From Octopus sinensis (Eukaryota), in contig NC_042997.1 of the NCBI RefSeq assembly GCF_006345805.1, positions 192,572,001 through 192,636,000 on the forward strand: a stretch of 64,000 bases of DNA. The letters run 5' to 3'. Position 1 is the first letter of the stretch; each line of letters begins with the position of its first letter. The notes below the pieces were generated by a model. It ran no database searches and was not told where the DNA came from. It was given only the letters and a program-made list of their open reading frames with translations. A program made the position numbers and the translations under genes. Below are positions 25,881 to 38,791 of the stretch, in pieces.

Positions 25881-27107
25881 TCAGGTCGACTGCTCTGCCC
25901 AAGCAGTTTTCACTTTTAAACGTGATGAAGAAAGATCTTTATTTATACGTCGTGTCTCGATCCTATACTTTGATAATTCCAGTTGTATTCGGTTTAATTT
26001 AGAGAAAATTTTCTGAAAATTTTGATCGATAAGCGTGGCCGGCCAACGACTTTTAACAATGCTGTATGCATCTTGTAGACACATCCCCTGACATGTAATT
26101 AAATATTGTATTGCTGCGACTGGCGCTCGAACCCGGCTGTGTTCACTGTAGATTAGTGTTGCTCGGCCTAATTCTTTAGATCCATTTATGAATTTATTTA
26201 TCATTGGGAAATGGTCTTGAATCCGATTATGATCCGTGCTGTCTACATTAACGTACAGTTTAGGGTGAGCGTGACTACCTTCTTTTGAACAGGTGCAAGG
26301 ACATGCTAGGCTTATGTGTTGGCTGCTTTTTAAATTTGTTATATCGACTAACGAATGGATATCAAGCTTGCAGAGGAGTCTCTGATCATTTGCAGCCTCC
26401 ACACGTCCAACGTACAAATATGGCGTTATTCGCGCTATATTTTCTTCGCTGCAAGATAATGAATTAGATTCGCTACTCGTTAACAATAATCTCCGTGAAA
26501 CCGCCGTGTCATGAAGATTAGACGTACTTAAATGTTTGTTCTCTTGTTTAAGAGTGAAACTAATTCCAGACTGACAAGTATCGTCACTACGAGATCTCGT
26601 TAAGCTGGTAACGAAAATATCCGGGACTTTCAAGGTGTCACAAGCACAGGACTCGGGAGACTTGTTGCGACTGGACATTGAATACTTGGCACTCGACGAT
26701 CGTTTGCTATTTCTGCTTTCATTGACTTCATCTTTATCTAGCTGCAAGTGTTCATCGAAACGATCTTGGCTGTTCAGATTTGGACATGACATATGGAGAT
26801 TTTTCTTATTGATAACTCTCACCTGATCTTGCCGTTTTTTACTAGAAAATAACGAATGAAGAAAATCTCCAATGCCGGTTTGCTGGGAGCGTCTCTTCTT
26901 CTGGTTTTTATGTTCATTATATTGTGATGGCGCTGATAGCTGCTTCCTTATCAGCATTCGGTGGTCACCAACGCTAGATCTGACATCACTATCTTCGTCA
27001 GAGGCATCGGTTATAAGTGACTCCTCTGTGAACACATTCCTTTCACTCACAGGACCGACTGAAATAGTCCTGGTTAGTTTCTTGCGAGATGTGTATAGAG
27101 TAGTCAT
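25881..27107 (-). CDS. 408-aa dual-specificity-phosphatase-fold protein, predicted pseudophosphatase; long Ser/Lys/Arg-rich N-terminus
   Basis: Uninterrupted non-repetitive ORF. ITPYLYVG...HF..I..FI...G..TLIYSEHSRVRA...QYL...L.DAY..VKSRWP...NF follows the DSP consensus, with HCx5R replaced by YSx5R. Acceptor TTTTTCAG at 27121-27120, 12 nt before the ATG. Confidence 0.85.
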   Translation of the reverse strand: MTTLYTSRKKLTRTISVGPVSERNVFTEESLITDASDEDSDVRSSVGDHRMLIRKQLSAPSQYNEHKNQKKRRSQQTGIGDFLHSLFSSKKRQDQVRVINKKNLHMSCPNLNSQDRFDEHLQLDKDEVNESRNSKRSSSAKYSMSSRNKSPESCACDTLKVPDIFVTSLTRSRSDDTCQSGISFTLKQENKHLSTSNLHDTAVSRRLLLTSSESNSLSCSEENIARITPYLYVGRVEAANDQRLLCKLDIHSLVDITNLKSSQHISLACPCTCSKEGSHAHPKLYVNVDSTDHNRIQDHFPMINKFINGSKELGRATLIYSEHSRVRAPVAAIQYLITCQGMCLQDAYSIVKSRWPATLIDQNFQKIFSKLNRIQLELSKYRIETRRINKDLSSSRLKVKTAWAEQST

Positions 27108-27189
27108 TGCTCTGCAAACCTGAAAAATAGTAAAATAAATTTATGTTAGTCATTTTGCAGAATTACATAATTTCTTGCATCCACCCTCT

Positions 27190-27261
<72 letters not shown>

Positions 27262-27267
<6 letters not shown>

Positions 27268-27435
27268 TTCTGATACACATTCTGTTGTCAGTTCTGATGT
27301 ACACAGTCTTCCTCCTATATATCAACGATTTACTTACTGCCATCTCTAGCAGCGTCCACACAAACGCAAATAAGACCACTTTCTGTTCCCCACCACCAAC
27401 TTCCAAATTTGCACTGCTTCATGAACTCTAACAAA
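27262..27435 (+). pseudogene. Degenerate RT fragment nearly identical to ~8768-9100
   Basis: Shared cttcctcctatatatcaacgatttacttactgccatctctagcagcgtccacacaaacgcaaataagaccac. Confidence 0.7.
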
Positions 27436-27823
27436 TCTTCGGTGTCACCGAGAATCTTCTCTGGCGATCGCACAACCTACACATCGCAAACATGGCACCT
27501 CAAAAACTGGTCATTCTTTTTAGGGCCAGGAAATATTTCATCTTCTAATAACCAGTAACTCTCCACAAAAGTCAGTTGAGTACCACACAAGAACACTGCT
27601 TCCCCATTTGGGGCAGTTATTCTTTTACTCATACAAGCAACCAAGATCACATACAGAGACAGGCTGCTCAAAAGATAAGCATGAAATCGTTCACAAACAC
27701 ACACGCTCTCTCTCTCTCTCTCTCTTCCAGGCACTTTAACAAAACCACGAACATTGACAGTGTCTCTTCCGTTACATTCAAACATGGCGTCCACTACTTA
27801 CACCTTATGCTAAACAAACTCAC

Positions 27824-27910
27824 CAATTTCTCAATCTTTAAAAGGATACAGCTTGACATTTGGATACACCGTTACAGTGTAGAGTCTTCTTAAGAAAAGC
27901 AATTCCTCTG
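27824..27910 (-). promoter_or_regulatory. Candidate non-coding first exon / promoter-proximal region of the DUSP-like gene
   Basis: Strong donor TTG|GTGAGT at 27823, about 700 bp above the acceptor; CACGTG and CACTTCCT motifs at ~27913-27982. Inference only. Confidence 0.3.
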
Positions 27911-28673
27911 ACACACGTGTGTGTAAGAGAGCATGTATACTTCGTGTGTGTGTGTGCATGCGTGCTTATTCGTCACTTCCTCTTCTCTATATCTCACTCA
28001 AACTGAAGTACGTAAAATGCCTTGATATGAAATATGATACTGAAACATAAGCTTTGTACTTATGTAACGATTTCTGCCTAACAAAGCAACAGAAATATTC
28101 TGACTAACGAAGTAGCAAGAATTTTTGCTTATCCAAGCTACTTCCTCGAATTATTAAAAAAAAAAACCCCAAAGTACCTCATTAATAATCTTAATTCTTA
28201 ATTCAGAAAGAAGTAGAAATTAGAGTCAAGTGCTTACAGTTGGAACAACTTTTATCTGTTACTTGACTGCAGACATGCTGGGGCAGCGCTTTGAAGAATT
28301 TTAGTCGAGCAAATCGCCCCCAGAACTTTTTTTTGTTTGTTTTTAAAGCCTGGCATTATTCTATCGACCTCTTTTACCAAACCGCGAGGTTACGGTGACG
28401 TAAACACACCAATACCAGATGTCAAGCTGTGGTGGAGGACAAACACACACACAAAGACATATACACACTTAGATATATATGGATATATATATATATATCG
28501 TGACGTATATTTGCCATTTGAATATGGCTAACCCCTAAGGGTGGATGCTACTGTAGTTTGTAGCCCCAGGAAGACACCTCCTCCAGCTGGCTATAGACAC
28601 AGCTTCTGTGCCCAATATACGTCACGATGTGTTGCCGATACTGTTTATAACTCGCTCTGAGATTTATCATTGT

Positions 28674-28706
<33 letters not shown>

Positions 28707-28737
28707 TATATATATATAATATATATATATATATTAT

Positions 28738-28813
<76 letters not shown>

Positions 28814-29231
28814 ATATATATATATAGGACGGGCTTCTTTCAGTTTCTGTCCACCAAATCCACCCACAAAGTTTTGGTCAGCCTGAGGCTAACGTAGAAG
28901 ACAATTGTCGAAGGTACCACGAAGTGGGACTGAACCCGGAACCATGTGACTTGGAAGCAAACTTCTAACCACATAGATACGCCTGCGCCTATATTCTTTT
29001 CTTTCTTTTGTTCTTTTATTTGTTTCGGTCATTTGACTGCGGCCATGCTGGAGCACCGCCTATAGTCGAGCAAATCGACCCCAGGACTTATTCTTTGTAA
29101 GCCTAGTACTTATTCCATCGGTCTCTCTCTTGCCGAACCGCTAAGTTACGGAGACATAAACACACCAGCATCGGTTATCAAGCGATGTTGGGGCGACGAA
29201 CACAGACACACAAACATATACATACATACAT

Positions 29232-29279
<48 letters not shown>

Positions 29280-30013
29280 GACGGGCTTCTTTCAGTTTCC
29301 GTCTACCAAATCCACTCACAAGGCTTTGGTCGGCCCGAGGCTATAGTAGGAGACACTTGCCCAAGGTGCCACGCAGTGGGACTGAACCCGGAACCATGTG
29401 GTTGGTAAGCAAGCTACTTACCACACAGCCACTCCTTCGCCTATATGTTCAGTTTAATTATATATTTTGGATTTGATCTGAATCGAAGTCATTGGATAGG
29501 TTTTCAAAAGCAAACTTTTTTAATATTATGTATCATTTATATTACCAGGACATTGTCGTTGCAAATAGAGAGTTTGCATTTATTTATTTTATATAGCTGT
29601 TGGTGAACAATTGCGCCGTTGGTTATACATATAGAAGAACTTGGGTGGGGGTCAGCACCAAACTTTAGCATCACTTCACTGTTCCAATGATCCCAGCCAT
29701 CTTCACTAGAGTGAGGACCATGTAGTGCACTAGCTGGAGTTTCAAGAGCCCACATTTATTTAATACCTAGCCAAAAAATCTTAGATATCTACATGGAGTT
29801 GAGGTAGATATTTTCAAGAAACAGCTTGCTGTTCAAGGTCCCAAATGAATCTACATCAGGGCAAGAAACTCGAAAGAAGACAGCAATATCAAACTCACCC
29901 TTTCACCAAAATCCAGTCACAAATGAATGGTCATTGAAAAGTTGATAATGCTGGCTGTGCCCCAGTATGGCCACAACCTTTGGGCTGAAACGCATACAGG
30001 AATAAAAGAAAGA

Positions 30014-30046
<33 letters not shown>

Positions 30047-30290
30047 TGTATGTATGTATGTATGTATGTGTGTGTGTATGTGTGTGTGTATGTATGTATG
30101 TATGTATGTATGTATGTATGTATGTATGTATGTATGTATGTATGTATGTATGTATGTATGTATGTATGTATGTCTCTGTGTGTGTGTGTATGTATGTATG
30201 TATGTATGTATGTATGTGTATATATGTATGTATGTACGTATGTATGTATGCATGTACGTACGTATGTATGTATGTATGTATGTATGTATG

Positions 30291-30322
<32 letters not shown>

Positions 30323-30397
30323 TGTATGCATGTATGTGTGTGTATGTATGTATGTATGTATGTATGTATGTATGTATGTATGTATGTATGTGTGTGT

Positions 30398-30950
30398 GTC
30401 AGGTCACTTTCGAGTGCTACTGGTAACATGTAACCCAGTACAACCTGTTGCATGGTCGGGTCGTTGGCGACTAAACCGGCAACCCCACCAAGCTTGCTTG
30501 GTGAGGAGGGTGTTTATTGGACACCCTGCGGGATGAAAAACAAAAGCCGTCAAAGGGCGGAGGAACTCTTGAGAGTCAACGGCCATCCAATAAATGCCTT
30601 AAGGCTGTATCATGCGCGGGGACATAGAAATAATCGGACTGAATACCCGATCGCGCGGTTAAACCATTGGGAGTGAAGGACTCCTAGCCTTTGTTAAGGC
30701 ATCCTTCTAGGAGAAGGTAACTCAGGAAACTGGAATAACTCCGACATAAAACCTGCGGCTCAGTGGTTACCGATGATGTTGACTTGTTCTTCTTTTCGGA
30801 TTATGGCTGCTGTTGCTTAGTGAGTGGAATTGACTCAGTGCACAGCCTTTCCTCACTATAAAAAAAATCTTCTTGCACAGGCATTGCATGATAACAACAT
30901 TGATTAAGCTTCGTGCAATGGCCATATTCGATAACGAGGGTGCAGCCACC
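30398..30950 (+). mobile_element. Non-coding interspersed-repeat-like insert (possibly LINE 5'-UTR-derived) embedded in (TATG)n
   Basis: Complex GC-richer block bounded by long (TATG)n/(TACG)n arrays (30015-30397, 30951-31450). Confidence 0.45.
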
Positions 30951-33400
30951 ATGTGTGTGTGTATGTATGTATGTATGAATGTATGTATGTATGTATATAT
31001 GTATGTATGTATGTATGTATATGTATGTATTATGTATGTATGTGTGTGTATGTATGTTGTATGTGTGTGTATGTATGTATGTATGTGTGTGTGTGTATGT
31101 GTGTGTATGTATGTAGTTGTATGTATGTATGTATGTAGTGTATGTATGTATGTGTGTATGTACGTACGTACGTACGTACGTATGTATGTATGTATGTATG
31201 TATGTATGTATGTATGTACGTACGTACGTATGTATGTATGTACGTACGTAGTTACGTACGTACGCATGTATGTATGTATGTATGTATGTATGTATGTATG
31301 TACGTATGTATGTACGTATGTACGTACGTACGTACGTACGTATGTACGTACGTACGTACGTATGTATGTATGTATGTATGTACGTACGTACGTACGTACG
31401 TACGTATGTATGTATGTATGTATGTATGTATGTATGTATGTATGTATGTATAAGTTCAAATCCAAGTGTGGCTCATTTATGTTTCATTCTTTCAGGGCGG
31501 AGCGACTTAATCGATCGCATTGCTCTCTAAGAAAAAAAGCCTATTGTTGCGGACATTACATTCTGATGAATTTATTATAGTTGGATACAAGAGACATTAG
31601 CGAAATATAATAGAAGACAGAATGATTGCAATATATATACGCAGGTGTTTTTAGGTTCATTGTTACGTTGTAATATAATGCCACTGTTAGTCCTGTTTAA
31701 TTTAATGCTTAGGCAATTAATGTGTGGGGGGATTCCACTCCAAATATTCGCCAACGAATAAATCAAGATAGCTTTATGCATCCTGTTGGAGTTTCCTATT
31801 TAATTTATTATAGTTTTCTTTACAAACCGCTTTCTTTTCGAGAATCTTATTGATATTTATTAATACTTTATATGACCAATAAAAATAAACTTAGAACATT
31901 CAATGATGGTTCACATCCGCATGAAATGAAAGCGGTGTAGGTCGGTGTGTTGATTGATGAAGTAGCGTCTAGAATTTCAAGGAAATCCCTTCGTTAAGAC
32001 GGTTACGTATAGGATTATTATTAATTCATAATCTGAGAAAATCCTTTAGAGTCTATGGCCTTTTCGGTTGGTTGTTTCTTTGTTTATTATTGGTAAAAAA
32101 AAAGACTAGTGATACCTCATCGATATTAGCTAGACTTGGCATTTTGTGATGAATGGAAATCATTAATACAGATTAGAAACAGCAGTTGGCATAAGGCAGA
32201 ACCCTGTTGAAGTCACGTTGCTGTTTCTTTGTGGCAAGATTCAATACCACGTTTGGACAGGTAATGTTTTTCTCTATGCGTAGTGACAGACTGTATGCGT
32301 AAATTAACTAGCCCACGAATATTGTGTTACTCAAGTTTCACAAAAAACAAAAACAGGAATAACAACAAAAACCGAACAAACAGATTTTAATGGTGTACAT
32401 CTTTCTCTAAATCAATACAACACAACACACAGAGAAAGGTATACATACACACACACACTCACACACGTACACACACATACACACACACTCATTCATATAG
32501 CCATCTTCTTTGAATAAAGCTCACACATCGTATACAGACTCACACACGGCTCATATTCGACGCATCCACGATGCCAACGCAAATCATCGTCATTTTGAAG
32601 AAACAATTCAACCAACCAACTTTATAGTCTTACTATGAAGTATTCATTAAATGGGTTCTTTTTCCTTTTTTTCTTTTCCCTTTCTCACTTTATTCTTTTC
32701 TTTTCTTCTTTCTCTTAGGTGTTAGTTCGCGGCGGTGACAATGGTGGTGATGGTGAGAGGAGAAGGGAAAGCGTCAAATCGTGAGGCTGTGCATTAAAGA
32801 CGTTCTATTAACGCCCGAACAAAAGATCAGATGCAATTGAGGGAAGGTTAAGGAAAGTAGCATTATTAGAAGCAAGCGATTGATTGATATTTTTTATTCA
32901 TTAACAATCAATTAAAACAAAAAACAAAAAAACAAAAACGAAAAAAATATCGAGAAGAAAGAAATGTTCTGATGTTTTTGTGGTCACTAAAAAACAGGTC
33001 GCCTTGTTATCTCTCCCATTTTACGATCACATTTTGTTGGACGGATAGGAAAAAATCGAATCGAACCATTCAGCACATTCTGTTGTAAAGTTATCTACAA
33101 ACAAAAACGGGAGGGGTAAGCATAGAAAGGAAAATAAATATAAAACTCTTTAATAATTATATATAGCCTCCTTGATTAAACGTATCATTGATTAACTGGC
33201 TTCAGAAACACACATATACGTACGTACTCACACACACACACACACACACACACATAATATATATAAATAGATGTGTTTATATATATATATATATATATAG
33301 ATATACGATTATATACTATATATATATATATATACGTATATATATACGTATATACATTCATACATGCATAAATACATACATAATATGAGTATATATATAT

Positions 33401-33448
<48 letters not shown>

Positions 33449-33822
33449 TGAGTGTACGTATATACATGCATACATACATACATACATACATACTTACATA
33501 TATATGAGTATATATATATATATATATGTGTGTGTGTTGGTGTGAGAGAGAGAGAGATGGAGAGAGAGAAAAAGAGAGAGCATATATATATATTAATAGT
33601 TATCGCCAAGCTAACATGGCAGTCCAGAAAAATAGGACGAATGCTGCCGTTGATTAGCTCCAAGAGGTTATCGCCTCTAGCTAGTTATGTGACACACAAA
33701 CCTGTGTCCATTATAACCTTTGAACAAGGGAGGTCAGCAGCTTCCTCTTGCTGGTCTGGCATCCACAGACTAGTTTCGAGGTAGTTGCTTCTTATCAATG
33801 TGGAGTATATATATATAATATA

Positions 33823-33874
<52 letters not shown>

Positions 33875-34252
33875 ATGGATGAATGAATTATCCTATGTTT
33901 ACAGTTAAACACGAAAATTCAATAAACAGTTACCAAGGTAGCAAAATTCACGCAAGTAACTAGGATGTAGCGACCTATTCAGAGGTAGAAACTCCGGGTT
34001 AATGTGGAGTAACACTCACACACACTATTGAGTCATCAGAATTCATTCACTTTCAAGAGAACATGAGATAATTCCTTTTTGGAATTGGTCCCCGAAGTAC
34101 AAAGATACTATAAATAACCCTTTCTACTATAGTCACAAGGAACTATAGACATAATGGAACAAGAACGTGACAGGCGACAACAAAACATTCGGGCAGTTAG
34201 ACGATAAAAAAAGGATAGGAAAAAACAAGGACGAATCATTCAGAGCTTTCAA

Positions 34253-34309
34253 TCTTCAGTCGAGTACCAGATCGTCTTTGCAGTTTCGGCCGATTACTCT
34301 CGAGGCTGC
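34253..34309 (-). ncRNA. Candidate permuted hammerhead, repeat family Y, degenerate (U16.1>C)
   Basis: GCAG C C TCGAG (11 nt) GAAA CTGC (15 nt) CTCGA CTGAAGA; no clear stem II. Confidence 0.4.
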
Positions 34310-34393
34310 TCTAATCTGGCCAGCCCCAAGAAAATCTAAGCTAAGAGCACTAGATTCTTTGGAAAAAAACAAGCGTATGTATACGAAAACAAG

Positions 34394-34448
<55 letters not shown>

Positions 34449-34465
34449 ATAATATATATATATAT

Positions 34466-35839
34466 GTATGTAAACAAGCACACATGCACGCATGCACGCA
34501 CAAACGTGTGTGTGCGCGCGTACGTGTGTACGCGGTCCCATCAATAAGTATCCGGACTGTTGCAATGGTAATGAAACCAAAACATGCATAGTGAAGCCGC
34601 TTGGCACAAATTGACTTTGCACTCTGCTGTGCTTGCGCACTATGTTTTAACGTTCTACCTCACTTTCTGTTTACAGCACTGCTTGGAAGGAAGGTGTGTA
34701 GCGTGTGATCGTCGCATTGGCCATGACAGAGAAAGTTATCATGGCGATACCTGCTCAGAGGCTTGCAGAAAGTGTATGGAGAGCAGTGTATGGAGAACAC
34801 TGCATGAGCCGCACACAAGTGTACGAGTGGTTGAGACGTTTCTAAGATGGCCGAAGAAATGTCAATATCGACGAACGTTCTGGGAGACCCGCTAGCAGCT
34901 GAACTGAGAAAAATATCGTAGGGAAACCGTCGAAACACCATCTGTGAGTTATCAATGGATGTGCAGATTAGTTACGGTTCAGTTCAGTCCATTATCACTG
35001 AAGATTTGGGTATGAGACGCATATCTATCAAGTTTGTGGAAAAACTGCTTTCAGCTCACCAAGAAGACACACAGGTATGCTTGACTGTGTCGAGATCTCC
35101 TTGATTGTGTTGAGAACGATGAAAACCTTTTGAAACTTGCATAGGCCTCTGAGACAGGTATCGCAAGCTTTTGGCAAAATTTGATGCTGATTCTCTGCTC
35201 AACTTTCTCTGTCATGGTCAATGCGACGGCCACACGCTACACACCTTCCTTCCTAGCACTGCTGTAAACAGAGGAAGTGAGCTAGAACGTTAAAACTTAG
35301 ACGCATGCACAGCAAAGTTCAAGGTCAATCTATGCCAAGTGGCTTCACTCTGTGTGCATTGGCTTCGTTACTACGGCAACAGTCTGGATACTTATTGATT
35401 AGACCACGTATGTATATACACACGTGTATGTGTGTGTATGTGTTTGTGTGTGTGTGTGTGTGTGTGGTGTGTTAGAAATTCAACCTCTTAGACCTGATAG
35501 CACCGACCTATAGCACTCACTTCCAACGCCTCAAAGGTGATGGAGGAAAGAGTAAGTCGATGACATCAGCCTCAGTACTCAACTGGTACTTGTTTTATTG
35601 ACTCTGAAAGGGATGAAAAGCAATGTCGACCTCGGCAGAATTTGAATTCAGAGCCTATTGACGGACAAAATGCCGAATTTTTAGTCGAATGAATCGAGCC
35701 CAGTATTATTTTTTAAAAGTCTGGGACTTATTCATCACTTTTGCCGAACCACTATGTTACGGGGATGTAAACACACCAGCACCGGTTGTCAAGCGATGGT
35801 TGTGAAGGACAAACATATATATATACATATAACATACAA

Positions 35840-35910
<71 letters not shown>

Positions 35911-36156
35911 ATTCAATTTTGGGGGATTAATTGATATGTGGGTATTCTATTTCAGATTATACAAAAATAACCAAATGAGTATATCTGACAGTAAACTCAT
36001 GGTATCAGTTTGCACATCACGAAATAATATTTAAAGGACATAACTAAATTCCAGCTATGTATATAATATACTTCATTAATTATATCATACTTTAGTTAAT
36101 ACTTATATTTATTAAATATGAAGGAACTACACGTGTTTCAGTATTAGAAGATCACA

Positions 36157-36193
<37 letters not shown>

Positions 36194-37617
36194 ATAATAT
36201 ATATATATATGTATGTAAACAAGCACACATGCACGCATGCACGCACAAACGTGTGTGTGCGCGCGTACGTGTGTACGCGGTCCCATCAATAAGTATCCGG
36301 ACTGTTGCAATGGTAATGAAACCAAAACATGCATAGTGAAGCCGCTTGGCACAATTGACTTTGCACTCTGCTGTGCTTGCGCACTATGTTTTAACGTTCT
36401 ACCTACTTTCTGTTTACAGCACTGCTTGGAAGGAAGGTGTGTAGCGTGTGATCGTCGCATTGGCCATGACAGAGAAAGTTATCATGGCGATACCTGCTCA
36501 GAGGCTTGCAGAAAGTGTATGGAGAGCAGTGTATGGAGAACACTGCATGAGCCGCACACAATGTACGAGTGGTTGAGACGTTTCTAAGATGGCCGAAGAA
36601 ATGTCAATATCGACGAACGTTCTGGGAGACCCGCTAGCAGCTGAACTGAGAAAAATATCGTAGAAACCGTCGAAACACCATCTGTGAGTTATCAATGGAT
36701 GTGCAGATTAGTTACGGTTCAGTTCAGTCCATTATCACTGAAGATTTGGGTATGAGACGCATATCTATCAAGTTTGTGGAAAAACTGCTTTCAGCTCACC
36801 AAGAAGACACACAGGTATGCTTGACTGTGTCGAGATCTCCTTGATTGTGTTGAGAACGATGAAAACCTTTTGAAAACTTTGCATAGGCCTCTGAGCAGGT
36901 ATCGCAAGCTTTTGGCAAAATTTGATGCTGATTCTCTGCTCAACTTTCTCTGTCATGGTCAATGCGACGGCCACACGCTACACACCTTCCTTCCTAGCAC
37001 TGCTGTAAACAGAGGAAGTGAGCTAGAACGTTAAAACTTAAGACGCATGCACAGCAAAGTTCAAGGTCAATCTATGCCAAGTGGCTTCACTCTGTGTGCA
37101 TTGGCTTCGTTACTACGGCAACAGTCTGGATACTTATTGATTAGACCACGTATGTATATACACACGTGTATGTGTGTGTATGTGTTTGTGTGTGTGTGTG
37201 GTGTGTGTGTGTGTTAGAAATTCAACCTCTTAGACCCTGATAGCTACCGACCTATAGCACTCACTTCCAACGCCTCAAAGGTGATGGAGGAAAGAGTAAG
37301 TCGATGACATCAGCCTCAGTACTCAACTGGTACTTGTTTTATTGACTCTGAAAGGGATGAAAAGCAATGTCGACCTCGGCAGAATTTGAATTCAGAGCCT
37401 ATTGACGGACAAAATGCCGAATTTTTAGTCGAATGAATCGAGCCCAGTATTTATTTTTTAAAAGTCTGGGACTTATTCTATCACTTTTGCCGAACCACTA
37501 TGTTACGGGGATGTAAACACACCAGCACCGGTTGTCAAGCGATGGTTGTGAAGGACAAACATATATATATACATATATACATACAAACATACATACATAC
37601 ACACACACACACACACG

Positions 37618-37655
<38 letters not shown>

Positions 37656-37900
37656 ATTCAATTTTGGGGGATTAATTGATATGTGGGTATTCTATTTCAG
37701 ATTATACAAAAATAACCAAATGAGTATATCTGACAGTAAACTCATGGTATCAGTTTGCACATCACGAAATAATATTTAAAGGATATAACCTAAATTTCCA
37801 CCTATGTATATAATATACTTCATTAATTATATCATACTTTAGTTAATACTTATATTTATTAAATATGAAGGAACTACACGTGTTTCAGTATTAGAAGATC

Positions 37901-37904
<4 letters not shown>
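34466..37904. repeat. Tandem duplication of a ~1745-bp unit (34466-36157; 36211-37904) bounded by (TA)n
   Basis: Near-identical copies differing mainly by single-base indels. Confidence 0.95.
34531..35408. mobile_element. Non-autonomous mariner derivative made of two inverted 5' ends; second copy 36276-37150
   Basis: TIR CGCGGTCCCATCAATAAGTATCCGGACTGTTGC / reverse at right end, TA on both flanks. MTEKVEQRISIKFCQKL on -, VYEWLRRF..ERSGRP and ITEDLGMRR remnants on +. Confidence 0.85.
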
Positions 37905-37961
<57 letters not shown>

Positions 37962-38730
37962 TAATTAAGGGCTAAGAGGGTTATTCTAAAGCCAATACAC
38001 TGATTTATCCACTTATAATCCGCTTGCTACAGGAGAATTCAAACTGAAAACGGCCAACTAACCTTTAGAAAATTTAAATTTCGTTATCTCTATATTGAAT
38101 CAATTTCGGAATTAATCTTATAATAAAAGATATATTCTTTCTTCAGTAGAGCTTTCGATGGGATATAAATAAAATACTCACGTATGATCATGGAAAAAGC
38201 ACAAGCTAAAAACATAACTACACCTGAGTACATCACTTATATCTAAAAATAAAAATTCTTTGGTCAGCCTCAGAAACAACGTCTTGACCTTTCGCCGCTA
38301 CAAATTGTAATGGTTACCGGTCCTCCCGTAGCAAGCAGCGAGTTTACTACTAACAATATAGGATGAAGTCCCTTTCTCTACAGAAAAGGAATCCATCAGG
38401 AAGCGTGGGCAGTATATTTACAAAAACCGTTACGGTTGAAGTATAAACATCATATAATTAAGGGCTAACACGACTGTATACCTATATATATATACATATA
38501 TAAATGCATATATGCAACTATCAAATTTACAATTATTCCAACATCCCTTCAGATTCTGTCTCAAAATATTATATATCTAATTTTACATCCCTTTAAAAAT
38601 AAGCAATACAATTAAGCATTAAATATTAAAAATTACGAAATAGAAATTAAGAATAAAAATTATACTTTGTAATATTAAGAATTAAAATGTTTAAATTATA
38701 CTTTATAAATATGAATTAGTATTATAAATA

Positions 38731-38791
<61 letters not shown>

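Noticed and set aside
32700-32860. Plus-strand acceptor (ctttctcttag) and possible exon
   Set aside because: No supported ORF or partner exons; cannot be called without RNA data.
38135-38160. GAAA-GC-TC-TA-CTGAAGA on the minus strand as a type II hammerhead
   Set aside because: Stem I would be a loop-less TA and stem II does not pair.
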